Shown one piece after another: positions 1 to 13,000 of a DNA stretch of 64,000 nt. The DNA comes from Cenococcum geophilum (taxonomy: Eukaryota), in NCBI GenBank assembly GCA_050273025.1, contig CP158635.1:29512001-29576000 (forward strand). Reading direction: 5' to 3'. Below the pieces are notes generated by a model, which did not search any database, was not told where the DNA came from, and saw only the letters and a list, made by a program, of their open reading frames with translations. The position numbers and the translations under genes are program-made. Each line of letters opens with the position of its first letter. Position 1 is the first letter of the stretch.

Positions 1-647
1 ACGCGACGCCGCTTCTAGCCCATTAAGGCTTAGGATGGCTAGCTTAGCCCCTTAGTATTAAAGGTAGGGAACGCTAGAAAGGTACCTACGTCCCCCTAGC
101 TTATTGCCTATTATTTCTATTTATATAACCTAGCGTATAGTTATTTCCATAGCTGTTAAGCCCTTACCTTCCGTCTCCTATATTTAATGCAGTCTTCTCT
201 CTCCCACGCCTTATATATGCTTTAGTAGCAGTTTACGCATTTTATTTAGTTTTGGTTTATATAGTGTCTTATATTATAGGGGCCTGCATAGTGGCCGCAG
301 CACATCTATACTACGTATATAGATTAGGTGTACTCCTATTATACACAGCAATAGTATTATTTTAGGCGTAGTTTATAGTTATAGAGTCTTATATTATATA
401 TAAGGCCGTTTATAATTATTCCTTTTTAGATAAGGAGTTTTTATATTCCTAGTATATATACACTAACGATAAGGGAGCTATACGTTTATCTAACGTCTCC
501 CTAGTAAGTCTCTAGCAACCTTTATATCCTCTTATTATTCTTATTATATGCTTAGTTTATATTTTCCTATTAGAGCTATTAGATTTAGGTAATCACCAGT
601 CCTAATATAAAGCATTCCGTTTATTTTACTATTTTCTATATAGTTAC

Positions 648-1067
648 TGTTACGAACGCTTTAAGTACAATGTTACAACTACTTAGAGAAGAGTCGGAAG
701 AAGCTAGTTAGTTAATAAGAGCATGGTCTAGTATAGAGCCGGTGGAACTATATAATGAAGAATAGTAAGCGAGTTATATAATGTTATATATAGTATACGT
801 AGTATATAAACGGGATGTATATATAACGCGTATAACACGTACCTTATATATAAGGACAGTTTCTTAGGAGTATAGATATATATTTAAAGGATCGCAGTTC
901 TAACCTAGATAGTTCCTTTCCTTATAGTAATTCTTAGAATATAATTAGAGTTAATCTATTAGGTAACTACTCTACTAGTTATTATTATGTTGTTAACTTC
1001 CTATATTACCTATACACCTAGCCTATTAATAAGTCTACCGTAGTTCTTGCTATAAGGCTCCATTATA
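648..1067 (+). repeat. 5' LTR of Gypsy A (~420 bp)
   Basis: Starts TGTTACGAAC and aligns with 19853-20271, differing mainly by C>T / G>A transitions. Confidence 0.95.
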
Positions 1068-1086
1068 TAATTACTACTACGGTTAC

Positions 1087-4000
1087 TATTAGCGACTCAG
1101 TTAATCGAGACATAAGTACGGCAAAATGGTCGCGTAAGCCTATACAATTGGATTGTCTATAAACGAGAATCTAAAGCTAAAGAAAGGAAAGGAGAAGAAG
1201 GGGAGCGCCGCTTGAAGCTATATACGATCTTCGCGTTACATAACCGCAATATGCAGTAATCTGTGGCAACTTGCCGGTGTGTAGTTCTACCAAGTTCTGC
1301 CAGTGCTATAACATTACCCCCCCCTCTAAAAAAGCCTACCTTTAGGCTTTGCCGCTAAAAGTCTTAGCAAGAGAATCTAACCAATTAAATAACTTTAACC
1401 GCCGGTTAAAGTTCCTAGATATCTTAACACCTTACGTGACTAAGAAATTTCTAGGGTATTTTTGTCCTTATATTCTTCTAATAGCTTATCGTCTTCGTTA
1501 TACTAGCATTCTATCCACTTATCTAGGTACTTTAGCGGTCCGGGTTTATTAAGGTAACGGCTATAAAACTCTTAAAGCTTATAGGGGCTACCTATAAAGT
1601 TCTATATAGGGTACTAAGTAGGGTCTAGGTTATATCCTTTCTAACTAATATAATACTTTAACGTTCCCTTTATAAGTTTATAGGCTAGTATTTCTTTAAT
1701 TTCTTATTTATTATTGTCGTTAACTTAAATTGGCAGGGGAGGTTCATTCTTTTATCCGGGCAGTAGGTTATTTATAGCTTTCCGTAGCTTGTCTAGTAAG
1801 AAGATAGGGTAGACTTTAATTAAGTCTAAAAGCTTAACCTTATACGAGTTACCTACTTTATTAAGAATCCTATACGGTCCTGCCATCTTATAGTCTAGCT
1901 TACGGCTAGGCCGTTCTATCTTCTAGTTCTTTATTATAACCTAGACCATATCGCCTATAGTAAAGTCAGGCTCGCGCCTATACTTATTTACCTACTATTC
2001 TATTAATTTCTAGGCCTTTTCTAGGTTTATACGGGCTACTTTCTAAGCTTCTTCTAAGCGCTTAGCGTACTACTAGGCTTCCTTATAAGATAGTTTTTCG
2101 CGTATAGTCTGGGGCCCTTCTAGTCTTTCCTAGTCAAAGCTTATATAGGGTAAGTAACCTATTTCTAGTTAAATAGGGGCAAATCCGGTAGAGTCGTAGG
2201 GTAGGGTCGCTTAGGCGTAGTTTATTAAGGGAAATAGTTCGGCCCAGTTATCCTAAAAGTAGTTAATAAAAGGCCGGAGTCTCTAGTCTAAGTATTAATT
2301 TACAATCTCCGTTTAACCATCTGTCTGGGGGTAATATACTATAAAAAGCTTTAGCTTAATGCCTAAAATCTAGGTAAACTTATTCCAAAAGGCTAATATA
2401 AACTGCGGCCCGTAGTCAGATATAATAGTATCTAGTAGTCTGTAAATTTAGTAGACGTAGTAAATATACAGTTGGGCTACCTCTTTAGTATTGATATTCT
2501 TATAACAGGGAATTAAGAACGGGCGCTTACTAAAGCGGTTAACCAGAATTATAACTATATCATATCCGTTACGGTCTAGAGGTAGCTTATAAAAGTCTAT
2601 AAAGATATATTACTAGGGGCGGTTGGGTATTAAGAGGGGTTTTAATAGTCCTAGGGTCTTATCTTATGGGATTATAGACCTACGGCAGTTGTTGCAGTTC
2701 TATATATAGCGGTCAATATCCATAACCATTCCGGGCTAGTAGTAGCGGTTACTAATAATCCTACGGGTCTTATTCTTTCTGGGGTAGGCTATAAAGACCT
2801 AAGTATATGCTTTAGCAATAAGCTAAGTCCATAAGTTCTATTCCTCTACTACTACCAGCCATTCCTAATACTTAAGTAATCCATTTTTAAGGGACCATAG
2901 GCTGGTAACGTTCTTTAACTTTTTATAGTACTCCTATAAAGAAGGGGCCGTACGGTTTATTTATAGCAATTTATTAATTAAGTTAAGTCCTAAAGGGTTA
3001 ATAGGATACATCTCGGCGCCTAAGGGGTCTATACTTAGTTCTGCCTATATCCAAAGGTTAAGGTGCTCTAGTTGTAGTAGCGTCTAGGTCTATAATAAGA
3101 TCTTCGCAGCTATATAGTTACCTAGGTCTTATTCGCGCCTAGTAAAAGCATCTACACAGTTTACAGCGCCTGGTCTATATATAATTAAAAAGTTAAACTA
3201 AGATAGGATATCCGCCTAGCATGCCTACCGGGCCATAAGGGCTTTAATTATTATAAAGTATTCTAGGGCCTTATAATCTAACACTACTTTAATAGGTTTA
3301 GGGGTCCCCTCTAGCTATATACGCCAGTGCTAAAAGCTAAAGATAATAGCCAGTATTTCTTTATTATAGATATAGTAGTTTAGTTTAGCATCTATTATAG
3401 TCTTTAAATAGTATACAACAGGGTGCTATTCTCCGTCCGGTTACTTCTAGGAAAAAACACCAGCTATCGCGCTATCTAAGGCATTAATTTCTAGCATTAA
3501 GGGCCGTTCTAGGTTAAAGTGGGTAAGTAGGGGGGCTAACACTAGCCGTTTTTTAAGCTTATTAAAGGCCTATATACATATAGCGTTAAAGTAAAAGGGC
3601 TAGTCTTTCCTAGTAAGGCGGTTAAGAGGCCGGGTAATCCTACTGTAGTTCTTAATAAAGCGTTAGTAGAAGTTACAGAAACCTAAAAATAATTACACCC
3701 CCTTTACAGTCCGAGGGGGCGTCCACTAGTTAATTACGGTCATTTTCTCTAGGTCGGCCTTAATTCCGTCCGTGCTAATAATAAAACCTAGGTACTTTAT
3801 ACGCTTAACACTAAATTCTAACTTCTTAATATCAGCCTAGAGGCTAGCTTCGCGGAGCTATTATAAAACTTTATAGACGTGCTCCTCGTATTCCAGTTCG
3901 TTCTCCAAATAAATTATAATATTATCTAGATAGGCCGTATAGAAGTCGTTAAGGTAGTTAAAGAGTACATTATTTATATACCGCTAGTACGTAGCTAGTC

Positions 4001-7000
4001 CGTTAGTTAGTCTAAAAGGAAGTACCTTATATTTATACGTCCCGTAATAGGTCCAGAATGTAGTAAAATCCTTAAACCTAGGGTCTATTCTAATTTAGTA
4101 AAAGGCCTAGCGGATATTAAGCTTTATAAAAACCTTAGCTCTACTTATTTAGGCAAGAGTCTTATTAAGTAAGGGTAGTAGGTAGCGGTCCTTATGGGTT
4201 ATATTATTTAGCTTATAGTAGTTAATGCAGAAGCGCAGTCCTCTATTTAGCTTTTTAACAAAGAGAATAGATAAGTTAAAAGGGGCTTAGCTAGGCTCAA
4301 TAAAGCTCTTATTTAGGTTATTAATAAGGTACTACTTTATAGCCTATAATTCGGCAATAGACTATAGGTAGAGAGGGCTAAAGCTAAGGGTGCTTCCCTT
4401 ATCTTACTTAATCTTAATCTTATAGTTATATAGTTAGTAAGGTAGAAGTATATTAGACGCTACCTTAGAGAATACGTCCTTAAATTTTCGGTATTAATTA
4501 GGCAGTTTTTACTCCACTAGTTCTTTATCTATAAGCCCGCTTTCTTATCCACTAAGCTCGCTTTCCTTTTCCTTAATTATTCAGTTAATTTTATATAGGC
4601 TAGTTATAAAGGTAACAGTATTAGGCTAAACCAGGTTCCGGTAGAATCCTACAGCGCTAATACAGCAGACATTAACTAGTAGAAGGTCCGTAGGTTTCTT
4701 TAGCGTCTATTAGGCCGTGGTTTGCAGTATAGGGTTTATAGTCTTCCTTAGCTCACGTTCCATTTTCTATAAGTTATCCTTCCTATCTATTAGTTTAGTA
4801 TAGCGTCCAATATCCCTAGCTTTCCTTTATAGCTTTATAGGGTTCTCCATAGGGAACTTAGCTAGGTTACTACCGACTTCCTAGGTCTCTAGTATAGGTA
4901 GTATAACATAGGTAGTTTAGGGGCGGCGTAGTATACGGATCCATTACGGGTTAAGCTATACGTCCTTCTTAAAGGCCTAGTCTCTACACATAGCATCGGC
5001 CTAGTAAATGGTATTAATCTAGGGCCGTATAAGGTTTTCTATTATAATACTAATTTCTTTTATAAAGGAAGGGGTCAGGGGTAGAGTTTTGGGCTGGATA
5101 AGCCGTTTACTCCGTACTTTAAGCTATAAGCCTAAATAGGCTAGCCATTTTCTTCTTAAGATTATATTATAGCTTCCTAAGTCCGTAATAAGAAAGGGGA
5201 CATTATACTACCTTCGTCCGTTAACGCGGAGGTAGATCCGTAAGATAGTTATAATAGGTAGCCCTATCTATCCGTTATAACCGCGAATAGGGATTAGTTT
5301 AGGCAGTTCTTTAAGGGGTATATTTAAAAAGTCAGCCAGTTTTATAGCGCACTTTATATTAATTAAGGTAAAGGTATTTGCTCCTAAGTCAGCTAAAGTA
5401 GAGGTTAAAACTTAATATCTATTACGAAATAAAGTATAAGGGATAGTATAGCTTCTTTTACCAACTAGCTAACCTAGATTAATATATAACATATTAATCC
5501 CTTTTAACCCTAAAGAGGAGTCTTCCTCTAGGGTTCCTCTTTTTCCGGCTCTGTACTATCCTCCTAAATTAATAGGACCTTATTTATCCTTACCTTTATT
5601 AAGCAGTTCCTTATAGGGTGGCCTATTTAACCATATAAGAAGTAAGCTCCTTAATTGCTAAGGGCCTATATATAGGGGTCGCTATATATAGGCTAGGTAT
5701 ACACCGGGCCTACAGTAGAGGTAGCTGCGCGGCTAGCTGCCGGGTTAGCTATAGGAGTTACTAATTGTGCCAGGGCACTACGGGCCGTACTTATAGTACT
5801 TATAGCCTAGTTTATAAGGTTTCTAGTTTTTAGCCAGTTAGCGCGTGCCTTAATTTAATAAAGGCCTTAGTTAATAGCTAGGCAATAGTCTATAAGTTCC
5901 TTTAACGTCTATGCCGTAGTATAAGCTAGTAATATAGCCCGCTATAGGTCTAGGGTAAGCTTATTAAAGAGGTCTAGTAGTAGGTCTTCCTAGGGGATCT
6001 AGGCCTATTTAGCTAGGTGTAAAAAGCGGGTTTAAAAGGCTAAAAAGGTCTCCGTTGTTTTTATATTTAGGCTTTTATAGCTAAGGTAGGCGTTCTATAC
6101 TTTAAAAGGGTCCTTATAAATAGAAGATAAGTATTTAATTATTTATTCTTTAAAAATAAAGGGGTCTACTAAGTCTTTAGTATATCGCGGGCGTAAATGC
6201 GTCTAGGCGTCTCTACTAGTACGGCCGAAGACGTAGGCCATTCTGGCTCAGGCGTTAGGGAAGTAGTCTATATTAACTTTAAGCTTATTTCGTAATTGGA
6301 GCTTCCAATTATTAAATATAGGGTCGGTTCCGTTTATAAGTAGTAGGGGGTCCGCGACCTTTACTAACTGCTTTAGTACTATATAGGCCTTAATAGATCT
6401 ACTAAGGTGCTAGAATAGGGCCTAAAGGACTATAGTAAGTCTTTAGTTGTCTAATAATAACTTATTATTAGATATAGGGGTATCTCTAGCTTTAAGTAGC
6501 TCTCGTAATTGTTTAATTTCGGCATTAGCAGCCGCAAGCTCCGCCTAGGGGGTTAAAACGTTAATTATTTCTTCGTCTAAAGTATTTAAGGGTCCTACAG
6601 CTGCTTTACCTATTACTATAGTTCGTGGCATAGTGGTAGGGGTGTTAGGTAATTCCAGGTAATTTCTTTAGGGGTTCTGGTCTGTGCGTATCTTATAGGT
6701 CCTTTCCTTAGGGTTTTATTCTTTTCTTTTAGGTCCTGTCCTTATGGTCCTAGTAATGTCCTTAGGGTCCTGTTCTATATTCTCGTAGATATATTTAAGT
6801 TCCTTCTCAGGAAGAAAGAGTAGAGTAAGCTTTAGATAATGTTAGCGACTTAGTTAATCAAGACATAAGTACAGCAAAATGGTCGCGCAAGCCTATATGA
6901 TTGGATTGTCTATAAACAAGAATCTAAAGCTAAAGAAAGGAAAGGAGAAGAAGGGGAGCGCCGCTCGAAGCTATATACGATCTTCGCGTCACGTGACCGC

Positions 7001-7066
7001 AATATGCGGCAATCTGTGGCAACTTGCCGGTGCGTAGTTCTGCCAAGTTCTGCCAGTGCCGTAATA
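1087..7066 (-). mobile_element. Ty3/Gypsy chromovirus B1, full length, inserted in the leader of A
   Basis: 227-bp LTRs 1087-1313 and 6840-7066; TSD GTTAC (1082-1086 / 7067-7071); C-rich antisense PPT after 1313; reverse complement of 37568-43547. Confidence 0.95.
1440..6631 (-). pseudogene. gag-pol of Gypsy B1 (RIP-decayed)
   Basis: ATG at 6631; RT YLD(D)I motif ~3920-3932; RNase H, integrase and C-terminal chromodomain recognisable through many TAA/TAG stops. Confidence 0.9.
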
Positions 7067-7091
7067 GTTACGGTATTAGAAGTTAAACAAT

Positions 7092-10000
7092 ATACCACTA
7101 AAAGTAGCTATAATAACGCTATTAACGGCAGCAACGACCTTAGGGTTAGGTAATAATATTAGTATAGTAGATACTAACTCCCAACTAGTTATAGTTAGAT
7201 AGTTATAGGTAATAGTTAATTAGTTAACAGATAATAATAAGGCACTTAAAAATAGAGTTAATAGAGTAGGAGCAGCTAAGGTTAAGTTACCTTTAATTAA
7301 ACAATTCTTAGGAGAGAGATTAAAGCTTAAAGGATTCCTTACGTAAATATACTTTAAAGTTATATAAAAAGGAGTAAAGTTAGTAATACTTATAGATTAA
7401 CTAGCGTACGCAGGATTATTCCTAACGGGAAGGATACTTAAATAGTTTAAACCTTACCTTACTAAAATGTAGAATAATAGTATAATGACCACTAATTAGG
7501 AAGTATAATATATATATATAAGCTAGACTAGATTCGCGGAATAATTAATATAAATATTTAGGGACCCGGAAGCAATAACCATAGTAAAAAGAAAGCTTTA
7601 GGACTTAATATAGCGAACCTTAGTAATTAAGTATATAACGTAGTTTTAGACGTTAGCTATATAGGTTAAATGGAATAATAAGGCGCTTATGGCATAGTAT
7701 AAACAGGGACTTAAGGTAAAAGTCTAGGATATAATTATTTTAATAAAAGATGCGGACACCCTTAGGGATTTAATAGATTAAGCGATTAAGATTAATAATA
7801 GGATCTTCTAAAGGGAATAGGCTAAGAGAGGCTAGGATAGAGTTCTATAGTTATATAAGGCGTAAAGTACGTAATAACTAAAGCTAAATTAAAAACTATA
7901 GTATAGCACAGAGCTAATAGACCTAAGTGGTACTAAAGAAACCTATAAGAAATAGAGAAAATAATTATAAAAACCTAGAAGTTAAGGATTAAGTAATTAT
8001 AGGACTAAGAAGTATAGGCTAAACTAAAGATCTTAATAGCAGAAGACGTTTAAGCGGACTCTATAACAAAAGCAATGGTTTAAAGATGGAGCTTATATAA
8101 ATTGCGGAAAATAGAGTTATTTTGCTAAAGATTATAGAAGTGGTTAGAGTTACTACGTAGTAAAAGGAATTAGACTAATAGTATATAATATATACGTATA
8201 AAGGGATAATAGTACGCTATAAGGAATAAAAGAATGTTTAATTAAAAGTTTTATATTTTATTATAATAACGCATACCAAATTTATAAAGACGCTAAGTAT
8301 AGTATAAGCTATTAGCTATAAGAGCTAGAGTTAAAAGAATTTAAGGGAACTATAGAGTTAGATAAAGAATAAGATTAACTCTATAAGCTAAATTAAGATA
8401 TTATAGCAATATATAGACAAAGATTAGTAATAATAATAATAGAGTTAAAGTACTTATTAATTAATAGCAATAAGGAAAAGAAAGAAACTAGCTAGGGGTA
8501 TTTAAACCTTAATAACGCAATAGAAGTAGAGACTGAAACTGCTATAGAGTAAGGTTTAGTAATGGGTATTATAACACTATTAGATACGGCATCTATTGCT
8601 TTATAAGACGGAAGGAATAATATTTAGAGATAATTAAGCAAGTAGATAACTACTAGTGCTAGCTTACTACTTAATAAAGGTAAAAAGCTAAAGGCTTAAG
8701 ATTCTTAAGACAAGATAAGAGATGACTAAGATTCTTAAGATAAGATAAGGTATACTTAGGGACCTATAATGGACGATAACCGATAGAGCAAAGTAATAGC
8801 TTAGTTTAATAATATATAAATAAGCTTAGGACGAAGTTTTTTAAAGGCATAAGACTCTTAAAGCGAGATAAGTGAGATTTAAGACTCTTAAGACGAGATA
8901 AGAACACTAGTAAAGCCTAGTTAAACTAAGGCTAGAGTATAGCTTAAGAAAGAAGCAAGCTTAGGATTAAAGAATCTAAGGGACTAAGAATTTGGAGTAC
9001 GAATAAGGACACCTATAAGTAAAAAGCGAAAAGCTTTATTATAGATTAGAGAATCTATAGTATAAATAGTAGTTAGGCTAGGGGATAGATATATAAACCC
9101 AAAAGACTTACTAGTAGAATATAGTATTTAAACTAAAGATTAAAAAGTTAATACTATAATTAAGAAGTAAGAAGACTTTAAGGATCTACTTGTAAGGCGA
9201 GTAGTTAAAGAGATAATAGATAAATTTAGAGCAAGAATTATCGCATAATAAGAAAAGAAACTAGATATAAAATCTAGTATACTAGGTTATATATAAGACA
9301 GAGCACTGGTATAAAGAATTACTAATAGGCTAAAAATAGGCACGCTAAGAGCTAAGTGGCTTACTAAACTGGAAAATAAAAAGGATTTAGGGATTCTAAC
9401 TAGGTTTAAGGAACAGTATATAAAGGGCTATTATAACGTAGTAATAAGAAGATACTTCCTTACGGATAAGCCGTATATACTCTAATAACTATACTAAAGG
9501 TAGTATAGGCAAAGATATAATAATAAGTGGGAAGATTTCTATATATAGTTAGATAAGAGAGTTATCTAGGACTACTTAATTATGGAAAAAGCAATAAATT
9601 ATATTAAGGGAGCCTTAATTATAATATTAAAGGATCTAGAGGAATAATTAAAGAACTAGAGAAGCAAAAGACGTATCTTAGTACCTATAAATAAAGTCGT
9701 AATGTTTAGATTAACATAATAGAGGTTTAAACTTAATAATAAATATAAGTTAAGAGTTAACCTAAAGCACCTAACGTATTATATATTGGCATGGATTGTA
9801 TATATAAATAACATATATAAGATATATAAAAATCTAAAAGAGAAAAACTGGAAATACCCTATAAGGATATATTAGGCGCCGGATAAGCGATAGTATAAAA
9901 ATACTAAGTATATACACGGCTGGTATCTAGTAGAAGTTTAGGAGTTAGGAGACTTAATACTTTAACTAGAAAGATTCCTTACGGAAGAATACTTAGATAG

Positions 10001-13000
10001 ATAATAGTAGTAGGAATACCTAGAAAATATATGTTTATAGTATATTAAGGATAAAAAGTGAACTAGATATTAGCTAAAAAATAAACTAAGTATAATAGAA
10101 TCTAGCAGCTAATAGTTAGGAAAAGTAAAGGCCTACGGAACTAAAGGGAGCTAGTAGTAGAGCCTTAGACCCTTAAAGGAATTTAAGGACGACATTTAAA
10201 TTTATAAGTTAAATAGCAAGATTAACAGTTTAAAGTATTAGTAAATAGTAGAGCAATAAGGAACTATATCTTACTAATAGTAGTAAAAAGGATAGGGCTA
10301 CCGCATAGACAAAAGGAGTACCCTTATTTATTAGTAACAATCTTAGGAGATCTAATAGCCTACGAAGGAGATATTATTAATCTTAAAATAGGACCTATTT
10401 AGATAACTATTAAAGGGAGATAAGTTAAAATGTCTTTTAATATATTACTATTAGGGAATAATAAGGCAGTATTAGGAATGCCTTAATTACAGAAATATAA
10501 TCTAGAGATTAATTAGGTTATAAGTTAGGTTAATATTAAAGATACTTAACGCTATAAGACGTAATAATAGGCTAAGGTAGTATAGTACTAAGTAGGGGCG
10601 ACCTATAAAGAAACAGATAAAGGACTAAGTTATATACTAAAGAGATACTATAAGTACGGCAAGAAACTATAGTTACTAAAAAGTAAAAAGCTAGTAGAGT
10701 ATATAGTATAGGACTATAAGATAGAATTAGAACTAGGAATAAGTTTAAGGTTCTTTTTAATTTATAAGCTTACTAAAGAAAAAGAGAGAGCACTAAAGGA
10801 GTTTATCTAGAAGAACCTATAAAAGGGATATATTAGACTATTATAGTTATTAGCGGGATATCTAGTACTATTCGTACTAAAGAAAAACGGGAAACTTAGG
10901 CTATGCATTAACTATAGGCAGTTAAATAGCATTACTAAAAAGGATAGGTATCCTTTACTCTTAATTAGTAAGATCTAGGATAGAATTAGTAATGCGTAAA
11001 TCTTTACGAAGATAAATCTAAGATAGGCGTACTATTAGATTAGGTTAAAGGAAGGACTATATAAACTATTAGTAATGTAATTTAGGCTTATAAACGCACT
11101 AGCAACGTTTTAGAAACGTATTAACAATATATTAAGAGAATACTTAGATAAATTTATTATAGTATACCTTGATAATATTATTATCTACTTTATAAGTAAG
11201 GAAGAACACGGGGAATATATTAAATAGGTTTTAAAGAGACTATAAGAAGAATAGATACTAGTAGTAATTAAGAAATGCAAGTTCTTTACTAGGAAGACAG
11301 ATTTTGTTAGATTTATTATTAAATTAGGCTAACTTAGTATAGATCTAAAGAAGATAGAGGCTATAGTAAATTAGTAAGAACTAGAGAATGTTATATAGTT
11401 AAGATTATTTTTAGGGTTTTATAATTACTATAAAAGGTTTATAGCTTAATAGTTAAAGGATATTAAGCCATTTATAAGGTTAATAAAGAAATAAAAACCT
11501 TAGGTATAGGGAGAAGAATAAAGGAAACTCTTTAAGGAGGTTAAGGAGTTATTTACTTAAGACCTAATCCTTAAAATCTACTAACTAAAACTAGAAACAG
11601 TGGTTAAAATTAATATATTAGACTTTATACTAGGGGTATACTTTTTATAAAAGTATAAAGATAGATAGCACCTAGTAGTATACTATAGTTGGAAGATAAC
11701 ACTATTAGAACTAAACTATAACATCTATAATAAGGAGTTATTAGGTATAGTTATAGTACTTTAGAAATAAAAAGCATTCTTATAAGGTATAGAGAAACTA
11801 TTTATAGTTAAGATAAATTATAAGAACCTAATAGGGTTCCTAATAATAAAAGAACTTAACTAAAGATAAGTTAGATGGGCAGAAATGCTTATAGAATACT
11901 ATTTTAAGATTTAGTACACTAAGGGTATAGATAATGCACGAGTAAATACTCTAAGTAAAAAAGCTAAACTATAGAATAACGGAAAGCCATTAGGGGCTTT
12001 ACTGCGAAAAGATATAGACGGATTAATCAGATATAATTATCCAAAAATTGCAATAATAAAGGAAATTAGTTAGACCTATAAATTATTAGAGAGTAATTAG
12101 GTATAAAAGATCTAAGATATATAAATAGAGAATCTAAACTTAGAGTAGTATAAAAACTAAGAAGTAACGTATATACCTAGGAGCATTATAAAAGAGTTTA
12201 TTAAGTTATTCTATAGGGGACTAACTTAAGGATATAATGGAGCTATAGGCTTAGTATTAAGACTCTAAGAGGAGTATATTATTAATAAAATCTAGGGACT
12301 AGCTAGGTAAGTTATAAAGAAATATCTAAATTATTAAAGAAATAAACTAGTAAGATATAAGCCATATAAAGGGCTATAACCTATTAAAATACCAGAGAGA
12401 CTATAGGAGGTTATATTATAGGACTTTATTATAAAGTTACTAAAATTAAGAGATCCTATTACCGGGTAAGATTATAATATAATTTTAGTAATAGTAGATA
12501 AGCTAATAAAGTGGGGATACTTTATAGTATATATAGAGGAAATCTTAGCGGAGGATATTGCTAGAATCTATATTAAAGAAGTATTTATAAGATATGGAGC
12601 ACTAAGCAAGATTATATTAGATAGAAATTTAAAATTTATAGTAGTATTTTAGGAGGTATTTTTAGCAGAATAAGGAGTTTAAGTAGTAACTTCTACTATA
12701 TATTATTTATAGACAGACAGTTAAACGGAAAGATTAAATTAGACACTAAAGCAGTATCTAAAATATTATATTAATTATGTATAGAATAATTGGGTATTAT
12801 TATTACTAGTTATATAGTTTACGTATAACGCGACACCTTAAGAAAGAATAGGAGCATTACTATTTAAGGCGAATTACGGATATAAGCTAAGAATATTATT
12901 ATTGCTATAATAAGTAAAGAAAATAAGTAGTATAGCTAAGTAAAGAATAGAGACACTAATAAATCTTTATATAGACCTTATGGAAATAGTAAAAGTAGTA

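Noticed and set aside
1349..1552. 67-aa ORF repeated at 43082-43285
   Set aside because: It is antisense to the chromodomain end and 3' UTR of two copies of Gypsy B; recurrence reflects the repeat, not a gene.
6910..7098. 62-aa ORF
   Set aside because: It spans the B1 LTR/TSD junction; a chance frame.
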